From Octopus vulgaris (lineage: Eukaryota): DNA of 64,000 nt. This document shows, in pieces, positions 51,200 through 63,200 of the stretch. The notes under the pieces were generated by a model. That model was not told the DNA's origin and ran no database searches. It saw nothing but the letters and a program-made list of their open reading frames with translations. Position 1 is the stretch's first letter. Each line of letters opens with the position of its first letter. Location of the stretch: positions 170,004,001 to 170,068,000 of the forward strand of contig OX597817.1 of assembly GCA_951406725.2 (NCBI GenBank), in the 5' to 3' direction. A program made the translations under genes and the position numbers.

Positions 51200-51231
<32 letters not shown>
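50918..51231 (+). mobile_element. Family A retroelement
   Basis: Monomers, body and (GAT)n tail. Confidence 0.9.
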
Positions 51232-51620
51232 CATGCACATACATATAATTATTTTTGTTTAAATGTAAACATCCACAAAACACAAATGTAAATGAAGTGC
51301 TCAGTAAGACTAGCTTGAGTGTGATGTAATTTAATATACATTTACTAACTTAATCAAAAAACAATTTGAGGCAAATACATATTTAAAAAAAAAATATGGT
51401 AATTATTATTTATTTAATAATAGATAATAAATATTTTATTTCAATATATTTATACCTCAAATTGCCACTTCTTCATTCAGTTAGTCTGAATATGTTAAAT
51501 TAAACATATTATATGCACGTGCATGCACATACACACATGCGTAGATACATACATCCCTACATATATTTATTATACACAAACAGGTGCAATCACAAATCCA
51601 GTATGTTTCTCACAATATAT

Positions 51621-51850
51621 ATTTCTTTACTACCCACAAGGGGCTAAACACAGAGGGGACAAACAAGGACAGACAAAGGGATTAAGTCGATTACATCGAC
51701 CCCAGTGCGTAACTGGTACTTAATTTATCGACCCCGAAAGGATGAAAGGCAAAGTCGACCTCGGCGGAATTTGAACTCGGAACGTAACGACAGACGAAAT
51801 ACGGCTACGCAGGTCGCCCGGCGTGCTAACGTTTCTGCCAGCTCACCGCC
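51621..51850 (-). mobile_element. tRNA-SINE family C, full length with TSD
   Basis: TTTCTCACAA(T/C)ATAT at 51606-51620 and 51851-51865. Confidence 0.93.
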
Positions 51851-52715
51851 TTTCTCACAACATATGTTATATCAAATTTCACCCACAGAAGACACCTGTC
51901 TAAAGTGCCTCAAGGTTAGATTGAACCCAGAACAATGAGTTTTTAAAGCAAACTTCTTAACCATACACTGAAGCCTGAATACTTTAGCTGTAAAGATAGT
52001 ATAAATATTACATTTAGCAATGAATCCTAACATTACCTCAACTGAATTTTTTTTCCTGAAGCTGAATAATCTTTACAGGTAATGAACTTTTACACCTGTT
52101 AAGTTTGTCTTGAGTTGTTTTTATTGTGTTATTTCATTAAAGAAAAGCCTCAATCTCAAGTGTTAAATATGTTGTGAGCTCAAATGGAATCAGCCTTGAA
52201 TGTCTTAAATAGTGACAGCAAATCTTAACTCAAGTGAATAGTTTGATGTCAGAATAAAGAAATGAAGTTTATGATGAATCACATGCTTTGATTTTTAATG
52301 GGGAATGGAAAATCTAAATTGTATGGAAGGAGGCTAATCCTCAGCTTGATGCAGCAATTAGTTGAAACTAATGTCAACTATGAATAACAAGTTTGTTGTG
52401 ACTTAACATTACTCCAAACTGTGCCTATACAACTTTGCTTTAAGTTGTTACTGAGAACCTAATGAGAATACACATCTTGACTGTATACAATAAATGTGTT
52501 TTGTTTAAAAAGCATCTAATAACAGATGTAAAAATCAATGCAAAGTGACTTAGTAAATTAGAAATTATTGCACTAATTTCTTTATGTGTCATTATCATAC
52601 GAAATTATTGTATACACACATCACAGTCATACATTAATATAATACTGAGTCTGCATATCAGTGCTACAGATTATTATTGTTTACGCACATCATTGCTACA
52701 TAATATTGTATATAT

Positions 52716-52877
52716 AGGTGCAGGAGTGGCTGTATGGTAAGTAGCTTGCCTACCAACCACGTGATTCTGGGTTCAGTCCTACTGCGTGGCACCTTGGGCA
52801 AATGTTTTTACTATAGCCTTGGACTGATCAAAGCCTTGTGAATGGATTTGGTAGACAGAAACTGAAAGAAGCCCATC

Positions 52878-52913
<36 letters not shown>

Positions 52914-53305
52914 CAGTCTGAAAGAACCAAATCTTAGTCAGTCAGTGGAGGGACTCCACTACCTCATATGTCCTTAAAATTTAAATCCACATCTTTGTCT
53001 ATATATCTACCTTCTCTATAATGTTGCCACTTGATTTGAAAATTTTTGTATTAATGGAAAACCTCTATAATTGGCTGATGAGTACTCAGCATCTTAAATC
53101 TGTTGTAATACTTACAACATTTAATAAAATGATGTAGTACGAAACGATCGTACCAAATTACCGGAGTCATTCTTGTTGCTTATTTTGATTATATATATAT
53201 GTTTGGATGTCTTTATTTGCTCCCCCACCAGCATTGCTTGACAACCGATGTTGGTGTGTTTATGTTCCCATAACCTAGCATTTTGGCAAAAAAGGCCCAA
53301 TGAAT
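52716..53305 (+). mobile_element. tRNA-SINE family B interrupted in its (TA)n tract by a ~280-bp Penelope-like fragment
   Basis: 5' half 52716-52907, insert ~52908-53188, SINE resumes at (TA)n 53189 with AGCATTGCTTGACAACCGATG. Confidence 0.85.
53071..53156 (+). ncRNA. Type I hammerhead ribozyme with complete core
   Basis: TTGG-CTGATGA-GTACT..AGTAC-GAAAC-gatc-GTA-CCAA; G-C pair closing stem II; extended stem II includes TGTTGTAA/TTACAACA. Confidence 0.88.
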
Positions 53306-53309
53306 GAAC

Positions 53310-53723
53310 AGTGCTTTTTATGTGCCACTGGCATGGGTATAAGTCAGACAGCACTAGCATTGGCCATGACTATGATCTCACATGGTTTGACAGGTCTCCA
53401 CAAGAACAGCATATTGCCCAACAATTGAAGGGTGCTTTTAAGGGGCCAGTTAAACAACACTGGCATTAGCCATGACTACAATCTCACTTGGGTTCACAGG
53501 TGTTTTCAACCACAGCATATCTCCAAAGGTTGCTTGTCATTGCCTCCATGAGGCCCAACATTCGAAGATTGTGCTTCACCACCTCATCACATGTCTTCCT
53601 GGGTCTACCTCTTCCACAGGTTCCCTCCACCATTAGAGTATGACACTTCTTCACACTGTTGTTCTCATCCATACGCATCATACCAATGCAGTCATCTCTC
53701 TTACACATCACATGTGATGCTTC
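53310..53723 (-). pseudogene. RTE LINE ORF C-terminus and start of 3' UTR
   Basis: MRMDENNSVKKCHTLMVEGTCGRGRPRKTCDEVV..LWRYAV matches RTE GxRxRGRPRKTW. Confidence 0.85.
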
Positions 53724-53745
53724 ATCCACATCTCTCTCTCTCTTG

Positions 53746-53983
53746 ACCATCCGATCGTGGCCGTTTGCCAGCCTCGTCTGGCACCTGTGCCGGTGGCACG
53801 TAAAAAGCACCCACTACACTCACGGAGTGGTTGGCGTTAGGATGGGCATCCAGCCGTAGAAACATTGCCAGATCAGACTGGGCCTGGTGCAGCCTTCTGG
53901 CTTCCCAGACCCCAGTTGAACCATCCAACCCATGCTAGCATGGAAAGCGGACGTTAAACGAAGATGATGATGATGATGATGAT
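53746..53983 (+). mobile_element. Family A retroelement
   Basis: One monomer, body, (GAT)n tail. Confidence 0.9.
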
Positions 53984-54049
53984 ACATATATATCACCTCA
54001 ATCATTCTACCAGCTACATATTTCAACTACAATAGCTTAATGCACTCCA

Positions 54050-55600
54050 AATCATTATCTCTGGAAGAAACTTCAATGCATACAACACATCCTTGTATGA
54101 AAACCAAAGCAGATAATGTAAGCATAGGCAAAACAGCATTACATTTCAATTCTCTGTCAATCCAAAACAACCCGAAATAACACACCTCACCATGCAAACT
54201 ACAACACTGCCTTTGACATTACTATCAGATCTACAGATGTAGCTATCACAACTACAAGACAAATAATCCCAACACCAATTCTCTTCTGATCGATCTAACA
54301 AAATTACACACCTTAATAAACAAAACAAACATTCAATTAAAAAGCCTCGCAGGACCATTTCCACTGAGAAAGAAAGTTTACACCTTCGATAACATAGATA
54401 TTGCTGTACGTAATAAAGTCAGGAAAACAATTAAAGATGCTTCCACAAAACATATCTTACAAAGTAGGATGGCCTCACTACACATGCATGCATACATGCA
54501 TGCGCATGTGTGTGTGTGCGCGTATGCACACACACACATGCACACAAATTACAAGCAAACCTGACTGAAAAACATGGACAATCTCAAACAATAAATTGAT
54601 GTCACGGAACAAATAAAATGCAGCATCACACAACAAAGGAAATAACCTGCAGAAAAACAAAGCTGGCATCAACATAAACTACAAAACAAGGATATTACAC
54701 AAAAATATGAGCAGAATGAACAATTCTAGCTATGCACTTCACAATAATAACTTAAAATAATGCCTGTACCTAAAACCATAAAAAAAAAAAAAATCGGGAA
54801 TAGAAAACATGAAACAAGCACTTTCAATCAGGCTCATGACATCAAACACATCCTTCCATTAGAAATGAAATAGGGAAATCCAAAACTTCAAGCAATTCAG
54901 AACCTAAAAGACTCATTGCACTTACTAACATCTGAAACTACTTGTATCAGCATTGCGAAATAACCAGAATCTGGCAGCCAGGCAAAAATCACAATTTAGA
55001 GCTCAAGGAAAATTGAAGAGAGGTAGCATCATACAAACCTCTTATCCACATATTCACACCCTTATATATTTGGAACTCTCATCCTAGATATCACAAACCC
55101 AGATATTTTCCTCTAAATCTTAACAGGGATTAACACTACTACATTCAACTACCACACTAATCACTCACAACCTTATACAAAAAAAAAATTCAGGATGGCT
55201 TCAACAATAACAAAAAAACCCATCCACTATTCTTTTTACAGTTGACAGTAAAATGCTTGGCTTTATTTCCTGGTGCTCTTTTGTATGAAAAATATTTAAT
55301 TTCTTCAGCATTAAATATGAAAAATGCTGGCTAACACACTATATCTGAAGTCAGTGAATCTATGTATAATATCACATCCACAATCTGCAGCTTCTTGACT
55401 GGGGTTCTTCCAAGGATCTGCCTACTCACCCACTCTTTTTAACTAATCCATACATGACTTATTCCACACCTCAAAATATACACAGAACCTCAGAAGACAC
55501 CAGAGTCAGAGCTTCCCATCACGTCTTAGACACAGTTGCACAGTTTATTCAGCCCTGCATCAACTACCTCGAAACATTATTACAAAGTAACAGATTTACA
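54050..55600 (+). pseudogene. Heavily decayed APE-RT LINE, clade uncertain
   Basis: IISGRNFNA (GDFNA), FDITI..SSD (SDH), GFNNNKK, and a frameshifted GVPQGS..SPTLFN at ~55400-55445. Confidence 0.55.
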
Positions 55601-55629
55601 GAAACACCTACATCCACTTTTTTATCAGG

Positions 55630-55758
55630 AGAGGAGTGATTGGTCGTTAGCCTCAAATCGACAGGTCTGGTCGGCGTTTGTGAGAGATGCAGCTTTGAGG
55701 ATGAATGAAGCCAGCTCAACCCACCCCAGGTGAATGCTGTCTTAAGACAAGACAAGAC
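55630..55758 (+). mobile_element. RTE-like 3' end with (CAAGA)n tail
   Basis: LASNRQVWSAFVRDA..STHPR* then AAGACAAGACAAGAC. Confidence 0.6.
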
Positions 55759-56402
55759 TTTTATCAGCAACACCAGAAAGCATCAATTATGACCGTCCGT
55801 TACACTCAACTACATGAATACACATCATATATAAAAGACAAAAGTGTGAGGAATTACATATAAACAACTCTGTTATGATTACAGAATATGTAGAAGACAT
55901 AAATACAGAATGTTTAAGATATAAAAAATGTAATACATACACAACAAATGAAAAAGAGAAACAGATAAGGCTAATTAGGGAAGGCTAATTACCTAGGACA
56001 GCTTTCCCACAATAAATCATAACAATATTAACAAATGAAGATAAATCTTGTAAAATGTTCTAAACTTCAATTTTCCTCTATAATAGAATATACTAAATAA
56101 TATTTGTCAATTAAAGATTAAATATTGCCTTAGAAGTAAGTTTTAAACCACATATATAAACAGTTTATATACTAATGTCCAGCATATCTTACTCCACTTT
56201 GAAGTCTATGTATAGAAATAGCCTTATAATTCAAATTATGAATAAATTATCTGTTAAGATTTTCAATGTAATCATTAATTTGAGACACAAAATAAAAACA
56301 GGCCTCCAAACAATAAAGTATCACAACAAATTATCACAAGGCAATTTGTTCAATACTGGAATGATTCTATTGATTGACTGCAATAGTGATAATAATAGTA
56401 AT

Positions 56403-57028
56403 GGTTTCAAATTTTGGCACAAGGTCAGCAATTTTGAGGAATGGGGAAAGTCAATTACATCAACCCCAGTGCTCAACTGGTACTTATTTTATTGATCCTG
56501 AAAGGATGAAAGGCAAAGTCAACCTCAGTGGAATTTGAACTCATAACATAAAGACAGACAAAACACCACTAAGCATTTTGCCCAGCATAGTAACAGTTCT
56601 GTCACCTTGCTGCATTACAATAATAATAATAATAATTATGGTTTCTGATATAGGCACAAATCCAGCAGGCTTTATGGTTGAGGGTTAGTTGATATCATCA
56701 GCCCCAATACTGGTTCTTTATTTTATCGACCCTGAAAGAATGAAAGGCATCCTTTCAGGCTTCCTGGGTTCAAATACCACTCAGGTTGGGATTTGAACTC
56801 AAAATGTGAAGAGTCAGAACAAATACCCTAAAGCATTTTTATCAATACTCTAACAATTTTGTTTGCTCATAACATTTGGTAACAACGACTTTTAGCATTG
56901 ACACAAGGCCAAAAATTTTAGAGAATTGAACAGTTGATTAAATAGTTCACACTCCAGTACATAACTGATGCTTATTTTACTGACTTCAGAAGGATGAAAG
57001 ACAAAATTGATCTTGGCTATATTTGAAC
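56403..57028 (-). mobile_element. Three head-to-tail degraded copies of a family C-related SINE
   Basis: GGCACAA..CAGCA..TTATTTTA..GAAAGGATGAAAGGC..ATTTGAAC repeated from ~56403, ~56640, ~56893. Confidence 0.75.
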
Positions 57029-57029
57029 A

Positions 57030-57469
57030 TCTCTCTCTATATAAACGGCAGTTTGTCTGTCTGTGTATCTGTGTGTCTGTCAGGTTGTACCCTCACCCTG
57101 ACCACGGCTTTCAACCGATTCTGATGAAACTTGACACACACATAGCCCAATGTCATAATTCAAAACTAACGCAGTGAAAATTTTGAAAAGTTCCCCCAGT
57201 TCTGAAAAAAATCGATAAATTCAACATGGGGTCGAGAATCTAAGCTTTTTATATGCAACACATTTTCTGTCTAGGGGACACAACTCGACTTTTTTATCGC
57301 CCAAAGGGACAGCTAGGAACATCGTATACACAGAAGTATTCGAGTGAAGAGAAGACATTGCAACCTACACATGCGCCTTCGTTCCCTAGAAGGAAAGGAC
57401 TAGATTGGGATTAGTCGTTGCCTACTAGGGGCTCTTACATACCCGGGCAACGCCGGACTGTGCTGCTAG
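57030..57469 (+). mobile_element. Non-autonomous Helitron, 440 bp, retaining the RepHel C-terminal codons
   Basis: A|TC start, CCCGGGCAACGCCGG hairpin, CTAG|T end; 57297-57347 encodes SPKGTARNIVYTEVFE*. Confidence 0.92.
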
Positions 57470-59187
57470 TATAATATAAAAGAACATATGTAAATGAATA
57501 CTCGTTAAATGAAATACAAAAAGGGGAAAAATTGTGACTGCCACTCTACTAATTATGCCAACCCACCAATCTTGTATAGCAAAAGCAATTAGAATAATGA
57601 ATAGACAGTAACTAGGTTACAAGTAATTCTAGGTTGTTGCTATAGGTAACTGTAAATGGTAAGGTGAGAAATTAAAGCATGTCATCTGAGGAAGGACATT
57701 TACAGCAGAGGACAAACACATAAATCAATTAAAGGATGATCTTGAAAAGGCATATTAGCAGTAATAAAATATTTTGAGAATTATTAATTGTTTTATACTG
57801 AAAGATAGTAAACTGCATTTATGGAATGAATTTCTTTATGGCCACTTGTTCTGCTAGATACACCAGATAAATCTCCTTCAAATTACATTCTCCCAGATTA
57901 AAGACAACATAATATATTGGATAATGCAGTCCTTGATAGACTATGTCTGAATAAAACATAGGATTTATTGTATCTGTAACACCTTTGATTTTATAGGTCT
58001 ACTGGATTAGGGTTAATCTGTGACTAAATAGCAGCATTAATGCACAGAAACTTCATTAAAATTTCAGTAAACAATCAAGCTATGAAACAGTTTTCTTATT
58101 TAAAGGCTTTGTATTTTCACAATTATTATTTTTTCTGTTTCCATGCTAGTCGGGTGGTTTTGAAAACTACAGATAATCATCATCATCGTTTTAATGTCTA
58201 CTTTTCCATACCTGAATGATTAAATGGAATTTATTGAGGCAGATTTCTTATGGCCACATGCCCTTCTTGTTTCCAAGCAAGATAAAATTACCCCATGGCC
58301 AGGTATGTTTTTTTTTCAGAATATTGGAAACAAATTACATTCATTTACAACAATTATGCAATGTCAAGACAAGGAGAGACAAACACACACACACACATGC
58401 ACACACACACACAGAGGTTTCTTCCAGTTTCCTTCTACCAAATCCACGCACAAAACTTTGGTCAGCTTGGGACTATTGTAGGATACACTTGTCCAAGGTG
58501 CTACACAAAACCACAGGTTTCAGAAGCAAACTTGTGAACCACACACCATGTTGCTGTCTGTAGTCATAACAGTGTGTAATGTGCTTCCAATACTAATTTC
58601 AACAATCATGAAGTTAAAGTCATAGGCTGACCAAGAAAAATGATGTAGTTTGCCACCAAGATGCACATCCCAGTAAGCTGATTCAGGATTTGAGATCTGA
58701 GGATTGCTTATGACAGTACCTGACCCACTGATCCACTGTGACACAACTACATACTGTATACTGATAATCTAGACCAAAAAACTTCTAATTTCTAATGGTT
58801 ATATTGTACAACAATTAAGCCATCACTGAGTTTTATTAATCAAAAGTAACCCCTACACACTTTGCACAACATTTATCTCTAAGCAACAAAGACCTTCAAA
58901 ATATTCTACCCATTTCATATTTGAGAACAGTTTGAATCAATATGTTTATAAAATAAAGAAACTCCTTATTCAATATTAAGCATTAAAAACATGGTAAGCT
59001 GGCAGAACTGTTAGCATACCAAACGAATACTTAGCAGCATTTATTCTGGCTTTACATTCTGAGTTCAAATCCTGCCGAGGACAACCTTATCAAATTAATC
59101 AACTGTGCAACTTTATTTCCCTCATTAGAAGGTAGTAACTATAGAGGATCCGACTGAATACCTTGTAGTAATTATATCCTTTTATAA

Positions 59188-59410
59188 GATGGCTAGCTTG
59201 CAGAAATGTTAGCACGCTGGGCGAAATGCTTAGCGGTGTTTCGTCTGCCGCTACGTTCTGAGTTCAAATTCTGCCGAGGTCGACTTTGCCTTTCATCCTT
59301 TCGGGGTCGATTAAATAAGTACCAGTTATGCACTAGGGTCGATATAATCGACTTAATCCGTTTGTTTGTCCTCTCTGTGTTTAGCCCCTTGTGGGTAGTA
59401 AAGAAATAAG
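59188..59410 (+). mobile_element. tRNA-SINE family C
   Basis: Same as 10133-10375. Confidence 0.9.
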
Positions 59411-59419
59411 TAATAATAT

Positions 59420-59590
59420 ACCCACTACACTCACGGAGTGGTTGGCGTTAGGAAGGGCATCCAGCTGTAGAAACTTTGCCAGATAAGACCGGAGCCTGGT
59501 GCAGCCTTCTGGCTTCCCAGATCCCCGGTCGAACCGTCCAACCCATGCTAGCATGGAGAACGGACGTTAAATGATGGAGATGATGATGAT
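59420..59590 (+). mobile_element. Family A retroelement
   Basis: Body and (GAT)n tail. Confidence 0.9.
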
Positions 59591-60734
59591 CCCAGTTCAA
59601 ATCCCACCAACTTCCGCTATACTTTTCGTTCCTCCAAATCTACAGTTTATGTCAAAGTTAGAAATCAATATTAACAATTAAGCCCAACTTAAAGGTGAAG
59701 TTTTAGCACAAATATTAGACATATATGGTATGTGTGTACGCATACACGCATATATTCATTTATCTTTTACTTGTTTCTGTCACTGGACTGTGATCCATCC
59801 TGGGGCACTGCCTTGAAGGATTTAGTCAAACATATCCCCAATGCAATTTTTTTCTTCAAGTCTAGTATTTATTCTATCAGTCTCTTTTGCTGAACTGCTA
59901 AGTTACAGGCATGTAAACAAACCAACACTGGCTGTCAAGCAATGATGCAAATACACACACACACACACACACACACACGCATAACTATATGTAACTATTT
60001 CATCTATTTATTGATGGCGACAGACTCAAAATTTCATTACTCTGTGGAGGTTTAAGGGAGTGTTTTCCCAATTACTTATTGCATTTTAGGTGTGGCAGTA
60101 GCAGTTGATTATTATAGCCTGGAGAAGATATTTCTGCCATTCTTATGAAACTCTACTAAATCAGTGGGCAGAGTCTTTTATCTGATTACTCAGCTCTACT
60201 GCCTGATTAGTGAAACCTTGAGGCTTTTCGTCCTAGAATAAACAAAGAAACTCTGCTAATTATTCGACTAATTATTCATCTGTATTTTTGTTTCTTAACA
60301 TCTCAACTTTTGGAAATAATAATCAATATAGTAGTTATATCACGCCTATAATTATTTCCTTTGTAAAGTGAAAGCTTCTGCAGCATCTAATGTAATTAGA
60401 TAAACTGGAACTATATTTTTATTTTTTTTATTTTTTATACCTGTCATGCCATAGTTTGGTTGAAATAGTTAACACCTTTCACTTGCAAGACCTTCATATT
60501 CTGGCATTAATTTGTCTTTCTTTTTTTAATTGCTTAACAGTTGAACTACATTAACTGTTAATTCTTGGAAGTGAATTAACGGTTATTATTGAATCTAAAA
60601 ACCCAATCTTCAATGACGTGGGTCACAGTGCTTTGCATAAAATGCATGTTCTCTAAAGAGATCAACCTGCCGTCTTAAGAATTCCTGGTTCCACAAATAT
60701 TCCCAATGCTGGAATAAAACATCTTACCCATGTT

Positions 60735-61115
60735 ATCTTTTATCTTTTACTTGTTTCAGTTATTGGACTGTGGCCATGCTGGGGCACTGCCTTGAAGTAT
60801 TTAATCAAATAAATCATTCCCAGTACTTATTTTTTTTTAAGATTGGTACTTATTCTATTAATCTCTTTTAACTGATATGCTAAGATGCAGGGATGTAAAC
60901 AAACCAACACAAATTGTCAAGTGGTGGCAGGAGGCAGACAAACACAAACACAGACACTTATACATATGATGATTTTCTTTCAGTTTCCATGTACTTAATC
61001 CAGACCTAAGTTCTTTGATCACCCTGAGGCCACCATATAAGGAACCACACAATGTGACTGAACCTGGAACTCATGGTTGGGAAGCAAACTTCTTACCATA
61101 AAACCATACATGTAC
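60735..61115 (-). mobile_element. Older family B SINE
   Basis: TTTTACTTGTTTCAG..GGCCATGCTGGGGCACTGCCTTGAAG..GACTGAACCTGGAAC; related 3' half at 59760-59980. Confidence 0.8.
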
Positions 61116-61204
61116 CTATAGTGACAATTCTATAGAATGAATGATTCAGAATAATTTAATATTGTTGTTTAGTTCCTCATCAAATCTGATCAAGTTTAAA
61201 AACT

Positions 61205-61524
61205 AATTCTGTTAGTTATGACAATTGGTGTTCCAGCTGATCCAATCAATGGAACAGCCTACTTGTAAAATCAATGTACAAGTGGTTGAGCACTCCACAG
61301 ACATAGCATATTCTTAACATTGTTCTCAGGGAGATTCAGCATGATGTACAATATGACAAGGCTGGCCCTTTGAAATACAAGTACAACTCATTTTTGCCAG
61401 CTGAGTGAACTGGAGCAACATGAAATAAAGCATCTTGCTCAAGGACATAACACACCACTAGGTATTGAACTCATGATCTTATGGTCATGAGCCAAATACC
61501 CCTAACCACCAAGCCACATGCCTT
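61205..61524 (-). mobile_element. tRNA-derived CORE-type SINE family E
   Basis: Aligns by eye with 49214-49538. Confidence 0.82.
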
Positions 61525-61631
61525 CATACACCTGACTGAGTAGACTTATGATCAAAGACATTCCTTCATGACAAACATGTCTTATCAGGGTATGCAAGAT
61601 TAATTAAGTACTGTGTCCTTGCCTTTGTAAA

Positions 61632-61839
61632 CCTTTTGTTATCAACTGATCTGAAACCACCCCTGGTTTTATGATACAAATTCCCTGTTTAGAATTATCT
61701 TAAAACCCTCCATCAAAATTTCATGTTAATTTATGTTCCAAACACCAGCTTCATAATCACAAAGTTATTTTACTAATTATTTTCAACACTAACTGAAAGG
61801 AAGATAGTGTATTTCAACAGAAATATGGTAACAAAAGAG
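61632..61839. mobile_element. piggyBac-like MITE family 2, degraded
   Basis: CCTTTTGTTATC ... GGTAACAAAAGAG|TTAA; internal match to 35648-35868. Confidence 0.7.
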
Positions 61840-62339
61840 TTAAGCTGGTGGGGTATGATTTAAGGGAGATTTAACTTATATTTAGTAGGTTGAAATAACC
61901 ATGTAAAGCAGAAACAGGAAGTCCCTTGGTCAGAGCAAAACTTTGGCCACATTCTGTTAAAATCATCTACTGACAAAATCTTCAAACGTTAAACAACCAC
62001 ATGAAAAAAACAATTCATGCTTTCTCTTTTTTATTTGCTGAGTCTGGAGGAAGAGACAGCACCCATGACATTTGTTAATCATTTGAGATCGGTTAGATTG
62101 AGGCTATGAAAATTTAGTTTAAATAATTACAAGAAAGACATGAGCAGTAAAAAGATTCCAGAGGGCCAATGTTCCAAGGGCTGGTGGGGGGTGGATTTGA
62201 CAGGTGTGACAAAAAATAAAGAAATGAGTGAGCTGGAAGTGCTTAAAACGAAAACAGTAGTTTAATGTGTAAATTACATATATAAATTACATAATAATTT
62301 ATAATGTTAAATATTCTTCATTTATTTGCAACACAAATG

Positions 62340-63200
62340 TTATCCCCGCCACCCAAGTTCTTATGGATTGTAATTCACCCATAGTATTGAATAGGTTCCT
62401 AACTCTTGATGTAGAAGATTCTTTATTCACTTAATGCAGAGAGAAAGTCGTTTTGTGTGAAGCCAATGTAGAATCGGGAAATGACAACTGACACTATTAT
62501 TAATCCTAAGCAATATTAGAAATAGCAATATTAGTATTGATATCCAATAACACATGCAAATTGTTCATGTGATTTGGTTCTGGAAATTCAAGGATGGAAC
62601 CTAATTTATAATTTCGGTAAACTCTGCCTCTGACAGTTAAAAAATGATACTGGGCAAATTTAATGGATTAGGAACATCCCCAGTAATACTGACCTTGTGA
62701 TTGATCAAAAAATATATCAGTATTTTTCTTATACTTTAGCTACTAACAAACTAGTATCCGCAGTAATTTTACCAGCAAACTATGGAAGAACAAAAGGTTA
62801 CTTTAAAAGCTCTTCATTAGTTGATGCTGATTGACCTCAGGTCTACTTTATTTTATGCATTGACTGAATGGCTGGACTGAGAAAAATTAATGTTCCACAT
62901 GTAATATCTGAGTAAGTCCACTTAAGTAGATCTCACTACTTGGTGATATCACTTCTCCCCATTCTTTTTACCACAAATATGCAAACACTAAGTATATACA
63001 TCAAATCACATATAAGATCTAATATAAGTATATGCACACAGGGACATGAACATGACACACATTACTTATCTATGTTTGAGCTATTCCCTAAATAAACTCA
63101 TAATATTCCAGCAATATGTAACAAGGTGGCAAACAGATAAGGAAGTTTTCAAAAGAGTTCAACATTAAATTATAACAACTCAATTAGTAAGTTAATCCTG
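62340..63200 (+). pseudogene. Possible very decayed Penelope-like RT remnant
   Basis: TLDVEDSLFT (cf. SLDVESLFT) at ~62402 and FYHKYANTKYIHQ (cf. YRKPTxTxxYIH) at ~62965. Confidence 0.35.

Noticed and set aside
53746-53810. Family A monomer GCCAGCCTCGTCTGGC resembles the P3/L3 of HDV-like ribozymes
   Set aside because: Could not build P1, P1.1, P2 or the catalytic J4/2; the monomer appears to lie in a 3' UTR.
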